From the NCBI GenBank assembly GCA_964016885.1, contig OZ024742.1, forward strand, positions 99,324,001 through 99,388,000: DNA of 64,000 nt, written 5' to 3'. Source of the stretch: Eledone cirrhosa. Lineage: Eukaryota. The position numbers and the translations under genes were made by a program. Shown here piece by piece: positions 1-13,696 of the stretch. The notes under the pieces are model-generated. The model made no database searches and was not told where the DNA came from. It saw only the letters and a list, made by a program, of their open reading frames with translations. Numbering within the stretch: the stretch's first letter is position 1; each line of letters begins with the position of its first letter.

Positions 1-2410
1 TGAAGATGTGTTCTTTACCGGGAATTTTCTCAATCAGCTGCTCGTTAATAAAATTAACCATGGTATTTTTCGAAGCGATGATGGCTCTTTCGCTGAGCCA
101 ATCAAGGTTTTTAAAGTTAGATGAGATATTAGGAAAAACTGCTTTCCAAAGGTCAGAAGGGCTGCTCACAATGTTGCACAGGGAGTCGATTGCTATGCCG
201 CCCTTGTCATCTGCAGGGACCTTGCCCTCACCAAGTGCTAAAATATTCTGAGCAAATGCTGCAGACATGTTGTCACCATGCAAATGAGCACGCATATTTG
301 TGCTCAGGTACAAACTCTTCACCAGGAGCCACAACATGGACGGCTTAAGACAGGCACGCACTTCATCAGCTCTTGTCCCTTTGGGGATGACAGGCAGCGT
401 TTGCCGAAAATCCCCTGATAGCAGAAGGGTTACGCCACCCATAGGAGCCGTAAAATTCCTAATGTCTTTCAGGGTCCTGTCCAATGCCTCAACGGCACCC
501 TCGTGTGCCATTGTGCACTCATCCCAAACAATGAGGCAACATTTTTGAGAACCAGAGCTTCGTGTAAACTCTTGCTGATATTGCATGTTGGTGTCTCAGC
601 TTTTACCAAATCCAAGAGGAGTTTAAATGTCGAATGTGCTGTCCTGCCTCCCGGCAGCAAAGTAGCAGCGATCCCGGACGATGCAACGGCCAGCGCAATT
701 TTTTTCTCCTGAAGAATTTTAGCGAGAATCAATTTCGTTACATAAGTTTTTCCGGTACCCCAGGAGCATCGAGAAAGTAAATACCCCCAGTCTGATTTTG
801 AACCGCATCAATGATAGTTAAATAGGCCAACCTTTGGTCCGACAGAAGTTTGGGTTCATCTTCCTCTAAGTATTGGGAAAGAGATTCGATGTCATATTCT
901 GTTTCCCGCAACAAATCCGGGGCCAACGAGTTAGCTTCCTCTCTGACGGTTGACGGCAAGCCATACGTCGTCAACTCACTCCCACCCATGCCGAGGAGGG
1001 CGTCCTCGATATCAATGAGTGCCCTGTTGTAGATAATGTCGCTGTAACCAACTTCCACTGAAGTATACTGCAGATGAGCCAGGCGCAGGAAGTCCTCAGA
1101 CATGAAGTCTCTGTACTTGACCCATAAAGATTTGGGATCACCCAATTCACACTTTTGAAGCAAAATAGCAAAGAGTTCCCTTAGATCTTTAGGTGATTTC
1201 AACAAAGCACCCTCTGCTAAAGTGGAATCCCATTGCGAATCATCTTCCAAAAGACCACGCTTAAAGCAGGCTTCCCGGTACGTATCACATATTTCTTCAT
1301 CAACAGTTTTGATGTCCTGAAAACTTTGTGGGCCTACAACTTCGTGCAGAAGAAGGCAGAGATGAAAGCACTCATGCTGACTTGGGGACACAGTGAAAAC
1401 CCTTCCAAGACAGCTGTCAAATTTTACACCAGGATGTCTTTCACCAGCCTGACCTGAATTTCTTCGCACCCAAGTGTTTTTCGACCATATAAAGTAGGAT
1501 GGAACCTGGGAGTACACAATTGTTTGCGCAAATGTATCGAACTGGAAAAGTTTGAAGAAACCCGTCAGAGTGGTCTATTTCGGATCGGCGGCCAACTTCG
1601 CGGCGGGTTGGTCCGTAAAGTAAACCCTTTGCCCATTTACCACATGTACCGCAAGCTGTACGATGGTGGGGTGACGTTGGTGTAGGGATAAACCAAATAG
1701 GCGCCAAAAAGCTTCATTGCTACTGATGTACCGCCCCGCCAGGTATTCTGTGACCTCGTCCCTGCTATTTTCAGCTTGAAATGCGAACATTGCGGCATCA
1801 GAACCCTTATTTACATATTTGCATATATATTTTATCGACTTAACGGAGTTGCAAAACTCAACGTTGATGTGGGCGTTGAACATCTCCAAGAGAAGCGGGC
1901 AGTAAGGGACCACCCATCTATTGTCGACTTGACCTCCCCTTACTGTTGTGGTGAAGCCACCGTTCTCGGACCGTCTCCGCCTGTACAGGGGGTACCCGTC
2001 GCCACCAGTCTGAGTCTGGTCAACAAACTTTGCGGGTATCCCTTACTGCACGATCCGACCCACCCCCCTTTCTGACAAGTGTGATGCGCATTATGACCCG
2101 ACGCACACGGACCATGAATCATGTTACCTTTGACGATGTCATGTAATTCCTGGTCAGTTGCTGAATAGGGATTTCAGCCGAAATGAAGCTGTCTATGGCA
2201 TTTGAATTGATTTTATCAGCTAACCAAATCAAAATGTGAGCATGTGGCAGCCCTCGTTTTTGCCATACGACGGTGAACATGTCACATTTTACAGCTCCAG
2301 ATACCTGACTTTTTTTATTAAAGCCATGAGTTTAGCCAGTTTCAGTCTGAACACTCTGGCTATGAGGTCATGTCTGTTCGAATAATCTTGCCCAGGAAAA
2401 GTTTCACGAG
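1..2410 (-). pseudogene. Helitron Rep/PIF1-like helicase, frameshifted
   Basis: Motifs HDLIARVF, QKRGLPHAHILIW (HUH), MIHGPC, VPYCP..FNAHINVE..SIKYICKYVNKG, RYISSNEAFWR, FLDAPG and AVASSGIAATLLPGGRTAHSTFK, spread over ORFs 1940-2122, 1575-1913, 738-1517 and 469-732. Confidence 0.95.
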
Positions 2411-3621
2411 TAACATTCCGATTCATATGTCTATAGCATTAATCTGTTATATGAAGTGTTATTTTGCGGGTTGTTATTTGCAATAAGCCGATTGAAAATG
2501 CCCCAGATAAGACGTTTTTCAATACGGAACGCTCCACTGCAGTATTGTGATTTAGGGAGTGAAGAGCAACAGAGAGAGTAAAGCAGTTAAATTATAGAGA
2601 GGGGCAATATACGGAACGCTCCATTTGATCATATACATTGTTTCTCTCTCTGCAGTGTTGTCATATAGGGAGTGAAGAGCGACAGAGAGAGTAAAGCAGT
2701 TAAATTATAGAGAGGGGGAATATACGGAATACTCCATTTGATCATCTACATTGTTTCTCTCTCTGCAGTGTTGTCATATAAGGAGTGAAGAGCGACAGAG
2801 AGTTTGTTGTTTTATAAATTCATCTGTTGCTTTTGAATATTTGTTATTTGATGTAAAATGTAACGTTGAGAGAGCAGTATGTATTTAGTGTTATCGGCTT
2901 TTTAAATGTTGATAGTGTCGTTATGACTGTTTGTTGTTGTATGAAATGATGTGTTATCAAAGTTTTTTTCGCGTTCGCAAACGAATAGGGGGAATGATCT
3001 ATTATATATAGAGAGAAGAGCGACGGATAGAGTGAAGCATGAAGAGAGTAAAGCAGTTAAATTATAGAGGGGGGAATAATCTATTGTAGAGAGAGGGAAA
3101 ATCGGCGGAGAGAGTAAAGCTATGATTGTAGTGTTGCTTAGGTTTCAAAGTTTGTGTCGCGTTCCTTCATAAGAATGTTGTCGTTGTTCTAAATTGTAAT
3201 GGTGATAGAGTAGTAGACGGAGGTAGTAACCTTTTAATGTGAGTTGCAGAGGAGATTGAGTGGGAGTAGAGAGAGTGATGACCCTTTTAAAGAAAGTTGC
3301 AGAGGAGATTGAGAGTGGAGTAGAGGAAAGGATGAATCTTTTAAAGAGAGTTGCAACATGTATGTAGTTTCATATATTTTTGATGGTAATAGAGTGAGGA
3401 ATGAAGCGTGTAAGAGAGAGGGTTACAGCATGTATTTAGTTTTATCGATTTTTTTTCATAGAAGCAGGAAATTTTTGACAAAAATAATTACGCGTTGACC
3501 TGTCCAGGTAAATTTGGAGCACATTGGGAAAAGAATCATCAAAATCGGTAGAGAAATGTGGAAATGCATAAAAATCATACACACACACAGACAGACATCT
3601 ACCGTTTCATATATATAGAGA
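1..3621 (-). mobile_element. Helitron, decayed and internally deleted; runs off the left edge of the window
   Basis: Minus-strand RepHel fragments at 1-2410. The 5' terminus reads A|TCTCTATATATATGAAACGG at about 3621, followed by (TG)n. Internal subrepeats (GGAGTGAAGAGCGACAGAGAGAGTAAAGCAG) at about 2555-3080. Confidence 0.8.
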
Positions 3622-4328
3622 TATAATATAACTGAATAAAAGAGAAAAACGAACACAGACATATGCATATATGTATTCAAGTCGTAAGGGGCCAGATTGG
3701 CTTTTTTTATTCAGTTATATTATACGGCTCGGAAAAAGCTCTTTCCTGGAGCTAATTTATTATTGTAAGAGACTATTTTCAGTTTCTAAATCAATACATG
3801 CCTTTAATATATTCGGCTCCATTAATTCGTCGAGCTAATTCAAATGTCGAGTAAACCCGGCTGCTATTTTTAGTGGCGTGAGTTTGCGAAACACGCAAAG
3901 TTCTGGCACCATGTGCGTTATATATACGCACACTATCCAGTTTTTTAATATACTTAGAAGTGACCAGGATACTAATAATTCTTCACCCGCTGATGAGCTA
4001 GAATTTTGGTATTCCTCTTCACAATTAATATTGCGAAATAGTATTATCAAAACTGTCCGGGTGATTGGTAGTTACCACAATTCTGGTTTGTATTTATTTT
4101 TCTTGATTTATTCGTAAATTGAGTCTGGCAAACACTATTGTCTGTAGTTATTATTCTTTTCACCTTACCGAATCTGGTTCCTTACGACTTGAACACATAT
4201 ATGTATATGTCTGTGTTCATTTTTTTTTTAAATTCAGTTATATTATTCTGCTCGGAAAAACCTCTTTCCTAGAGCTAATTTATTATTGTAAGAGACTATT
4301 TTGAGTTTCTTACTCAATACATGCCTTT

Positions 4329-4330
<2 letters not shown>
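3622..4330 (+). mobile_element. Non-coding hammerhead-bearing unit with terminal direct repeat and short inverted 5' segment (retrozyme- or PLE pLTR-like)
   Basis: About 105-bp direct repeat at 3703-3805 and 4222-4328. 3622-3689 is the reverse complement of about 4180-4245. Hammerhead at 3983-4064; the unit ends in (AT)n. Confidence 0.65.
3983..4064 (+). ncRNA. Type I hammerhead ribozyme
   Basis: Stem I TCACCCG (3983-3989)/CGGGTGA (4058-4064); CTGATGA 3990-3996; stem II closed by GC/GC; GAAA 4035-4038; stem III ATAGT/ACTGT; GTC cleavage triplet 4055-4057. Confidence 0.85.
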
Positions 4331-4364
<34 letters not shown>

Positions 4365-4365
<1 letters not shown>

Positions 4366-4747
4366 GAGGGTAATCCCAAAAGTAAGGTCTCCAAAGCGAT
4401 GGGGCTGCAGAGAAACTGTTTGTGCGGCTGTTGGCAACACTGTTGTGATGGGTGCTTCCTTTACTCCCAAACAAGCATACTCGCGCTTCGCTGGGATGCT
4501 CAATCTTGGCTTGGGAGCCGTTGAGAATGGAGCTCCTGTTGAACGCTACCACCAAGTGCTAAGTTTGCGCAGTTATTATATAGAGGGCAATCCCAAAAGT
4601 AAGGTCTCCTGCCTAGGAAAACATGCATAAAGATCGGCGGATCACTCTGGATGCTCTCTGCATTTTGTTTCCCGAAGCACCATCCACTGGATTTTAACGG
4701 AAAAGTTTCAATATCGGAAGGAGACCTTACTTTTGGCATTGCCCTCG
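4365..4747. mobile_element. Tc1/mariner-type MITE with a third, internal TIR copy
   Basis: 28-bp TIRs CGAGGGTAATCCCAAAAGTAAGGTCTCC (4365-4392) and GGAGACCTTACTTTTGGCATTGCCCTCG (4720-4747), TA flanks inside (TA)n; extra left TIR at 4583-4609. Confidence 0.85.
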
Positions 4748-4789
4748 TATATATATATAATAAATGTAATCTGAGTTTTTTGAATATTA

Positions 4790-4978
4790 ATAATTGTTTC
4801 CACTTTTGGCACAAGGCCAACAATTATTCCAGTGTATTACTGGTACTTTATTTTATCGACCCCATAAGGATGAAAGGCAAAGTTAACCTCGGCGGGATTT
4901 GAACTCAGACCAAAAAAGGCCGTAACTCTTTGCTGCAAAGCATGGTGTCTGACCCTCTACCGATATTGCCAATCCACC
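4790..4978 (-). mobile_element. tRNA-derived SINE (Deu/Nin-like core)
   Basis: Reverse complement has A box TGGCAATATCGG, B box GAGTTCAAATCCC, core GCCTTTCATCCTTA.GGGGTCGATAAAATAAAGTACC and an AATTATT tail; many copies in the window. Confidence 0.9.
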
Positions 4979-5175
4979 TCAATTTTATAGCCATGTCAAT
5001 AGAATGAACACTTCATTCTTGATCTTGTGTTGGCATGCGAACAGAACTGTATTCTACTGACATGGCTATAAAATTGAGGCTTGTTTGCATAATTGCAAAC
5101 AAATCGAATGTTATTATTAATATTCGAAAATCTCAGATTACATTTATTGTATTCAGCCACGTAGAGCGAAATTTT

Positions 5176-5223
<48 letters not shown>

Positions 5224-5224
<1 letters not shown>

Positions 5225-6108
5225 GAGGTGTGTCAGAAAAGTTCCAGGACTGATGTCACAAAACATTTATTTCAGGTCCAAACTTCACACTGAGAGTTTT
5301 CTCCTTCAAAGTAAAGCCCTGGAGTATGTAACTGTAATATTAGCTCTCTGCAGCGATCAAATTTTTTTCTTCATAATTTTATATACATGTCTTATGTTTG
5401 AGGTCGTCAACCAATGAGCATAGAGCAACGAACAAACTTCAAAACTCCGTCAGAAGCACTGGGATTGCTGCAGCAAGTGTATGGAGATGAGACGATGTCA
5501 CGCTCACGTGTTTTTGGGTGGTGCAAGAGGTTTAAAGATGGATGCGAGGACGTGGAAGATGACCCCAGGAGCGGAAGGCCCTCAACAACCAGGACTGACG
5601 TCAACGTTGAGCGCGTCAGGAAGATGGTGAGTAGCGATCGTCGGCTGAATGTTCGACTGATGGCAAATGTGCTGGGCATGAATCGGGACACCGCATGGAA
5701 GATTCTCACTGAAGATTTGGACATGCAGAAACTATGCGCGAAGATGGTGCCAAAACTGCTGAACGATGACCAGAAGGGTCGACGCATGCAAATTTGCCAG
5801 GACATCCTCGAGCGTCTTGAAACCGAACCAGACTTGCTAGGGACAGTCATCACCAATGATGAGTCATGGATCTTCGAGTACGACCCGAAGAGGACCCGTT
5901 TTGAAGACGTGGACGACAGCAAAAAGGCCGTGACGACGGAACTGAGGAGGATCCCGGAAGAATCCTTCCAGGAGTGCATGCAAGCGTGGCAGAAAAGGAT
6001 GGAATAGTGCAGGATGATTACTTTGAAGGAGAAAACTCTTAGTCTGAAGTTTGGGTTTGAAATAAATCTTTTGTGACATCAGTCCTAGAACTTTTCTGAC
6101 CCACCTCG
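5224..6108 (+). mobile_element. Mariner element, internal deletion derivative
   Basis: About 50-bp TIRs (5224-5274 and 6058-6108) beginning CGAGGTG, TA flanks in (TA)n, transposase ORF inside. Confidence 0.95.
5414..6007 (+). pseudogene. Mariner transposase with in-frame loss of most of the DDD catalytic domain
   Basis: Contains VFGWCKRFKDG..VEDDPRSGRPST, second HTH, KLCAKMVPKLL and ITNDESWIFEYDP, then jumps directly to the C-terminal RFEDVDD..WQKR. Confidence 0.9.
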
Positions 6109-6223
6109 TATATATATATATTTATTATTTGCTCTAGGGTTCTTATATATTCTCTTATATATTTGATATATATTTATCCTTATCGAGCCCTCTTTGGATT
6201 TTAGTCTTCAAATTTATTATTAT

Positions 6224-6309
<86 letters not shown>

Positions 6310-6310
<1 letters not shown>

Positions 6311-6515
6311 AGTAGTTCCACAACAGTTAGTTCACCATACCAAGAACAAATGTTTCAACTATTCGGACCCTCTAGACCGAGCTGAAGATCCGAATAGGTG
6401 AAACATTTGTTCTAGGTATGGTAAACTAACTTTTGTGGAACTACTTCTACGAAATTCGTCCCATGGACTGAGTGCTCTCCTACTTGGGATATAACCCACC
6501 AGTGTTCTACTATTA
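6310..6515 (+). mobile_element. Small fold-back unit with hammerhead, between (AT)n tracts
   Basis: Inverted repeat 6310-6367 / 6389-6446; related copy at 42108-42172. Confidence 0.65.
6377..6416 (+). ncRNA. Minimal type I hammerhead ribozyme
   Basis: CCGAG-CTGAAGA-TCCGAATAGGT-GAAA-CATTTG-TT-CTAGG; stem I has one mismatch; GUU triplet. Confidence 0.6.
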
Positions 6516-6862
6516 AATATATATATATATATACACAGTTCAAGAGTAACCAATCTTAAAGAGAGAGATGGAGATAAGAGAGGAGCGATTGGTGAATTAG
6601 TTAGAAGCCAAAGCGTAAAGGCATGTGCTCAATGTGCAATATGCAGTAGAAAGCAGCTAGGTGGCTGGGTTCATGCAGTAGTTAGGCGCGTAGAGCTGGA
6701 AATATTCATTAGTTAAGCAAAACAAGACCACACATTTCACAAGGAATACTGCTTGATTATGGTTGACAATTGATACACCCAGGACACCATAGTGAAATAC
6801 CAATATATGGAGTATTACATTATGTAACATTGTCTCCTTATCTTCATTTATATTCCTTTGAA

Positions 6863-6981
6863 GTTCCGATGAGCCGCTCTGTTTTTAAATATGATCATTA
6901 TTTTCAACTGAACCAGATCAATAATGATATATAGTCATTTGATCCAGAAATATTATATGGAATAGCGAAACAATTGTAAAC
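6863..6981 (+). ncRNA. Hammerhead-like motif with variant core CCGATGA
   Basis: GTT-CCGATGA-GC...GC-GAAA-CAATTG-TA-AAC; palindromic stem III ACAATTGT; long stem II insert. Confidence 0.5.
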
Positions 6982-7136
6982 GGACATTATTATTATTAAT
7001 ATTATTATTATTATTATTCTCTACATTCCTTACATCAAACTAAAATATGTTGACAATCTTTTAATAATGCCTTCCTTGTGAAATTTGTGGTCTTGTTTTG
7101 CTTAACTAATGAATATATATATATATATATATATAT

Positions 7137-8116
<980 letters not shown>

Positions 8117-8496
8117 GAGTGTTGTTCGTGTATATATGTGTATGAGGGTATATGTATGTGTGTGTGTGGCTGTGAAATTTCGGTGACAATTCATTTAGAA
8201 TAGTGCAAAAGTGATCAGCATCGCCTACAAGGAATAGCACATCTTATCTCACAAATACTATGCTAACATATAAAAGGCTATCCTAAAGTTTAAACTCTAC
8301 GTAATTAACGTGCTGGGCGGAATTCCAGCGTTACAAGGTTTAATTTGTTGTAGGTGTATCTATCCAAATTTTAACTTCTCTAACAGTATTGTACTCGATT
8401 TTCTAAGCTATTCTCTATAGTGATCGGCTCACATTGCAGTCATTTTCTGCATTTAAGACGTCTAAATTGTAGATATCACTCAGAGTACCGTAATCA

Positions 8497-8619
<123 letters not shown>

Positions 8620-9144
8620 GTTAGAATATGTGTAATAAGGCCAAGACAATGCAGATATGGACATAGAAAAAGAATGCAATAGTGAGAGATATTGGTGAGA
8701 ATTAGTCTTTCACCTTGAATTTATTTAAATGTCCTTAATTTTCGAGATAATATCTCTTCTTCGGAGGGAAGTAAAAGTCTCAGACCAGCGTCTAAATTTC
8801 CAATGAAGCCATGCTGACCGGAAATAGTATAGAGTTCTAACTTTAATATCAAAGAATTAAAATTAGGTGGGTAAAGAGTAGTCTCCCTTTAAGAGGGGTT
8901 TGTTTATGTTTTTGTTGTGTTATGTAAATTTTATATGCGTGCCTGTATATGTGTGTGGGAGAAAGCATGAAGGTGTAGGTATGTGTGTGTGTGTGAGTGT
9001 GGGAAGATAGGTCTAATCGTAAAAGTGGGGGGTAGGTGTTATCTGGTGTTAGAACTGGTTTTGTGTGTGTATGTGTGAGAGAGAATAAGTGGGGGTGTGT
9101 GCGTGCGTGTGTGTGGGGTGTGTAAAGTGGGGCTAGAGGCCCTA

Positions 9145-9525
9145 TCAGGTTATAAATTGGGTGTTGAGCTCTAGTCTATTATTGATTGGTGGATGTGTTC
9201 TATCTATAATGAGTGCTTCCTTGATTCTAAGATTACCGAGGTTTCTTTCTTTAGTTTCTATCCTAACTGTTATGTTTTTATCAGTGTTTTTGCATTTAAC
9301 TAGGTGTTTCTTAAATGAGGAAGCGTTAGTATTGAGGTGTTCTTTTATTCTTATGTGGAGTGGTCTGGTGGTGCTACCTACGTAGAAGTTGTTGCATTTG
9401 TCACACTCTAGTCTGTAAACTACGTAAGCCTGGTGGCATAGGTCTGTGTCGTTGATGGGGCAGTTGGCTAGTCTGCAGCAGTTGTCATGTCTGGTGGAGT
9501 GTCTCTTAGCTAGCCGTCCACGCAA
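9145..9525 (-). pseudogene. PLE GIY-YIG endonuclease fragment, left arm
   Basis: VVY/YVG motif with conserved R, E and N residues. Confidence 0.9.
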
Positions 9526-9734
9526 AGAAGGACCCGAATGGGCCAGTTGAATATCCAGACCTTCTCGTCTGATGGCTCTGCGGATGGCTGTTGTTGTTTC
9601 TTCACTGAAGTGTGGGAGCTTCAGGAAGCAAGTGTTAGTGCCTCGGGTGTGGTGTCCTCTGTTCTTTCTGGCACGGTTTGTGGTGGATGTCGTGTATCCG
9701 TTCAGTTTGAGTACTGGCCCATTCGGGTCCTTCT

Positions 9735-10115
9735 TTGCGTGGACGGCTAGCTAAGAGACACTCCACCAGACATGACAACTGCTGCAGACTAGCCAACTGC
9801 CCCATCAACGACACAGACCTATGCCACCAGGCTTACGTAGTTTACAGACTAGAGTGTGACAAATGCAACAACTTCTACGTAGGTAGCACCACCAGACCAC
9901 TCCACATAAGAATAAAAGAACACCTCAATACTAACGCTTCCTCATTTAAGAAACACCTAGTTAAATGCAAAAACACTGATAAAAACATAACAGTTAGGAT
10001 AGAAACTAAAGAAAGAAACCTCGGTAATCTTAGAATCAAGGAAGCACTCATTATAGATAGAACACATCCACCAATCAATAATAGACTAGAGCTCAACACC
10101 CAATTTATAACCTGA
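9735..10115 (+). pseudogene. PLE GIY-YIG endonuclease fragment, right arm
   Basis: Translation identical to the left-arm ORF. Confidence 0.9.
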
Positions 10116-10490
10116 TAGGGCCTCTAGCCCCACTTTACACACCCCACACACACGCACGCACACACCCCCACTTATTCTCTCTCACACATACACACACAAA
10201 ACCAGTTCTAACACCAGATAACACCTACCCCCCACTTTTACGATTAGACCTATCTTCCCACACTCACACACACACACATACCTACACCTTCATGCTTTCT
10301 CCCACACACATATACAGGCACGCATATAAAATTTACATAACACAACAAAAACATAAACAAACCCCTCTTAAAGGGAGACTACTCTTTACCCACCTAATTT
10401 TAATTCTTTGATATTAAAGTTAGAACTCTATACTATTTCCGGTCAGCATGGCTTCATTGGAAATTTAGACGCTGGTCTGAGACTTTTACT

Positions 10491-10528
10491 TCCCTCCGAA
10501 GAAGAGATATTATCTCGAAAATTAAGGA
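10491..10528 (+). ncRNA. Minimal hammerhead-like motif in PLE pLTR, core CCGAAGA (mirror copy 8732-8769)
   Basis: CCT-CCGAAGA-A-GAGAT-ATT-ATCTC-GAAA-AT-TA-AGG; lies at the expected pLTR position upstream of AATAAA. Confidence 0.5.
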
Positions 10529-10685
10529 CATTTAAATAAATTCAAGGTGAAAGACTAATTCTCACCAATATCTCTCACTATTGCATTCTTTTTCTATGTC
10601 CATATCTGCATTGTCTTGGCCTTATTACACATATTCTAACGTTTATACCTCATTACACAATGCTTCAAGTGAACTATAACCTCCT

Positions 10686-10746
<61 letters not shown>

Positions 10747-10798
10747 CATATATAAATGTGTCTGTGTGTACACACAGACACACACATTTATATATATA

Positions 10799-10837
<39 letters not shown>

Positions 10838-11193
10838 ATGAGGTTATAGGAAATGTATTCGCTATAATTCCGTTTTGTCAGATTACTCACTCAATGAGGT
10901 ATGGTTCGAACACATAAGCGAATGAACCTGTCTCAGAGTGCTCACATAATATATATCTGTAAAAGAGAGGCCGCACGTAATTGTGCTAGCAGCCGAAATG
11001 TATCATAAAGTAATGTGTTCAAATAAATGCAGAGTCTGTAACCTAGACTGGACCAACGTGTATACATATATACACACATCTAATATGTAAACATATTTAC
11101 ATGCTTAAATATGTGCACATACTATTACATCTTTGTCCAACCCCGTTTCCACAATCTGCATTTATACAAATATAACTTTAATATATATATATT

Positions 11194-11270
<77 letters not shown>

Positions 11271-12114
11271 AGTGGGAGGGTTAGTAAAATCGAAGCTTTG
11301 GCTGCGGCCAAGCAAAGTCGACCTACAATTAGGAATGAGTAGCAAAGCACTCAATAAGGGTAGGCTCTCAGAGTAATAACATACGTTTAGATAGCTTGAC
11401 AAATTGAAAATTGCGGCATACAATACAAAAACAACGAAAAAACTAATATGTATATATATTTGAAAGAGTTCTAGTTCTGTAGAAGCCATTTCTATATTAA
11501 ATATATTATATATAGAGAGATAGATAGATAGATAGATAGATATGGTGGGGTGTTGTAAATGTATCCATCTGGATTTCTCCCATTTTCCATTAACCAAGTT
11601 CCATACACAAGATAGCCTTGATCCAGTATTAGTTAATATCGTAGCCATTAGCCCATATCCCCACGCTGTGGCCTATTCCTATAATAACATGTCTGTACAA
11701 TATATTCTATCTGGAACTCTGTCTATGCTTGCATCTGATATATCGAAACATAAACAAAACACTACTTCGTAAAGCTACTATTACTATCACCATTATCGTT
11801 CCTACTACTCAATACTAAAGCCCTTACTACAACTACTACAACCCTCACCATCTTCACGATCATCATTATTACTAACACCAATGCTACTGCTGCTACTGCC
11901 TCCACGGTTACTACAAACATCACCCCACATCTTCTAGTAATTCTATCTGTTATAAAACTACAGCAAAAATAATACCAACCATGTCATCGACCACGTGACC
12001 ACTCCGACACCATTACCACAGCCACCACTTTTAACATTATCAACACCACCATTACTATCAACCCTACTACTAGCATCAAAACTACGTCCACCAACAACAT
12101 TACCAACATCATTA

Positions 12115-12282
12115 TTGGCAGTATCGGTAGAGGGTCGGACGCCATGCTTTGACGCATAGAGTTCTGAGTTCAAATCCCGCCGAGGTTAACTTTGCCTTTC
12201 ATCCTTACGGGGTCGATAAAATAAAGTACCAGTAATGCACTGGGTAATTGCTGGTCTTGTGCCAAAAGTAGAAACAATTATT
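12115..12282 (+). mobile_element. tRNA-derived SINE
   Basis: A box TGGCAGTATCGG, B box GAGTTCAAATCCC, shared core and tail; flanked by ACC/AAC-rich low-complexity DNA. Confidence 0.9.
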
Positions 12283-13120
12283 ACAATTAACACCAACACC
12301 AGCATCAGTGCCATGACCTCTAACTTCCTCATCACCAACAAAACCATCAACACCATGACCACCCTGAACATTACTACATCCGCCATCACTAGCAATATCC
12401 CAACCAACCTCAAAGCCATCAACCTCACCACAGTCGCCGCCACAAACACGAATATGACTTTCACCAACAATACCAACAGCAAACCACTAACCTCATCACA
12501 TCCAACATTACCCTCCACAATTGTAACAATACTACCACTAACACCATGACCTCCGGTACCACCACAAGAGATATAACCACCAGAAAACCTACTACCACCA
12601 CCAAAACCACCACCATCATCACTACCGCTAAAATCACCACTACCATGACCACAACATCAAATACCACCACCACCACCACCACCACCACCACAACAACAAA
12701 CAACAACAACAGCACTAGTACCATGACCACCAACGTCATAACCACGACCACCATCACCACCACCACCGACATCAAGTTTTCGACACTGCCAATCCCTATT
12801 GACCTTTACAAATTCCAGATGCTGACCCCACAGTTCCGGAGATCCAGAGGAATGCTAATAGAGAGATGGTGGTGGGGTATGAGGTGAAATAATGTAATTG
12901 CCTACTATCAATATCACCCCCACCTTACCCCCTCCTTCTGTCGGTCTATCTTACATATCTCCCTGGTTTACGACATCCTACGTGCTGACCACTCTTCAGC
13001 CACCACCAGCCTCTCCTTCTGGCTTTCGCTCTCTCTCTCTCCCTCTCTCTCCCTATACATACCCACCCACACACACACACACATATGTGTGTATAGTATG
13101 TATATATTTACGGACATCTT

Positions 13121-13196
<76 letters not shown>

Positions 13197-13237
13197 ATAT
13201 GTATATATGTTATATACGCGTGTGCTTATATATATAC

Positions 13238-13269
<32 letters not shown>

Positions 13270-13284
13270 GTTTGTGTGTGTGTG

Positions 13285-13358
<74 letters not shown>

Positions 13359-13402
13359 ATACATATATGTGTGTGTATGTGTGTGTGTGTGTGTGTGTGT
13401 AC

Positions 13403-13468
<66 letters not shown>

Positions 13469-13696
13469 AACGTAGTACTGTTTCCACCAGCACCACAACA
13501 GCCGCCATAACTATCAACTCTTCACTCGTCGTCTGTCTTATCCTTGCTTGACCGGTGTCAGACAATAGCAGACGATAACATTGATAATACGAGATAATAC
13601 AGCAATGGGCTCGTTCCTCTAAATTAGATGAAATTGTGATGAAGCGAAATGTAACAGGAGATAACATACCGGGGGGCGACTGTGCCAGGGGTAGAG

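Noticed and set aside
4978-5079. 28-bp inverted repeat next to a SINE as a miRNA or terminator
   Set aside because: Large loop and no supporting features; probably a small transposon remnant.
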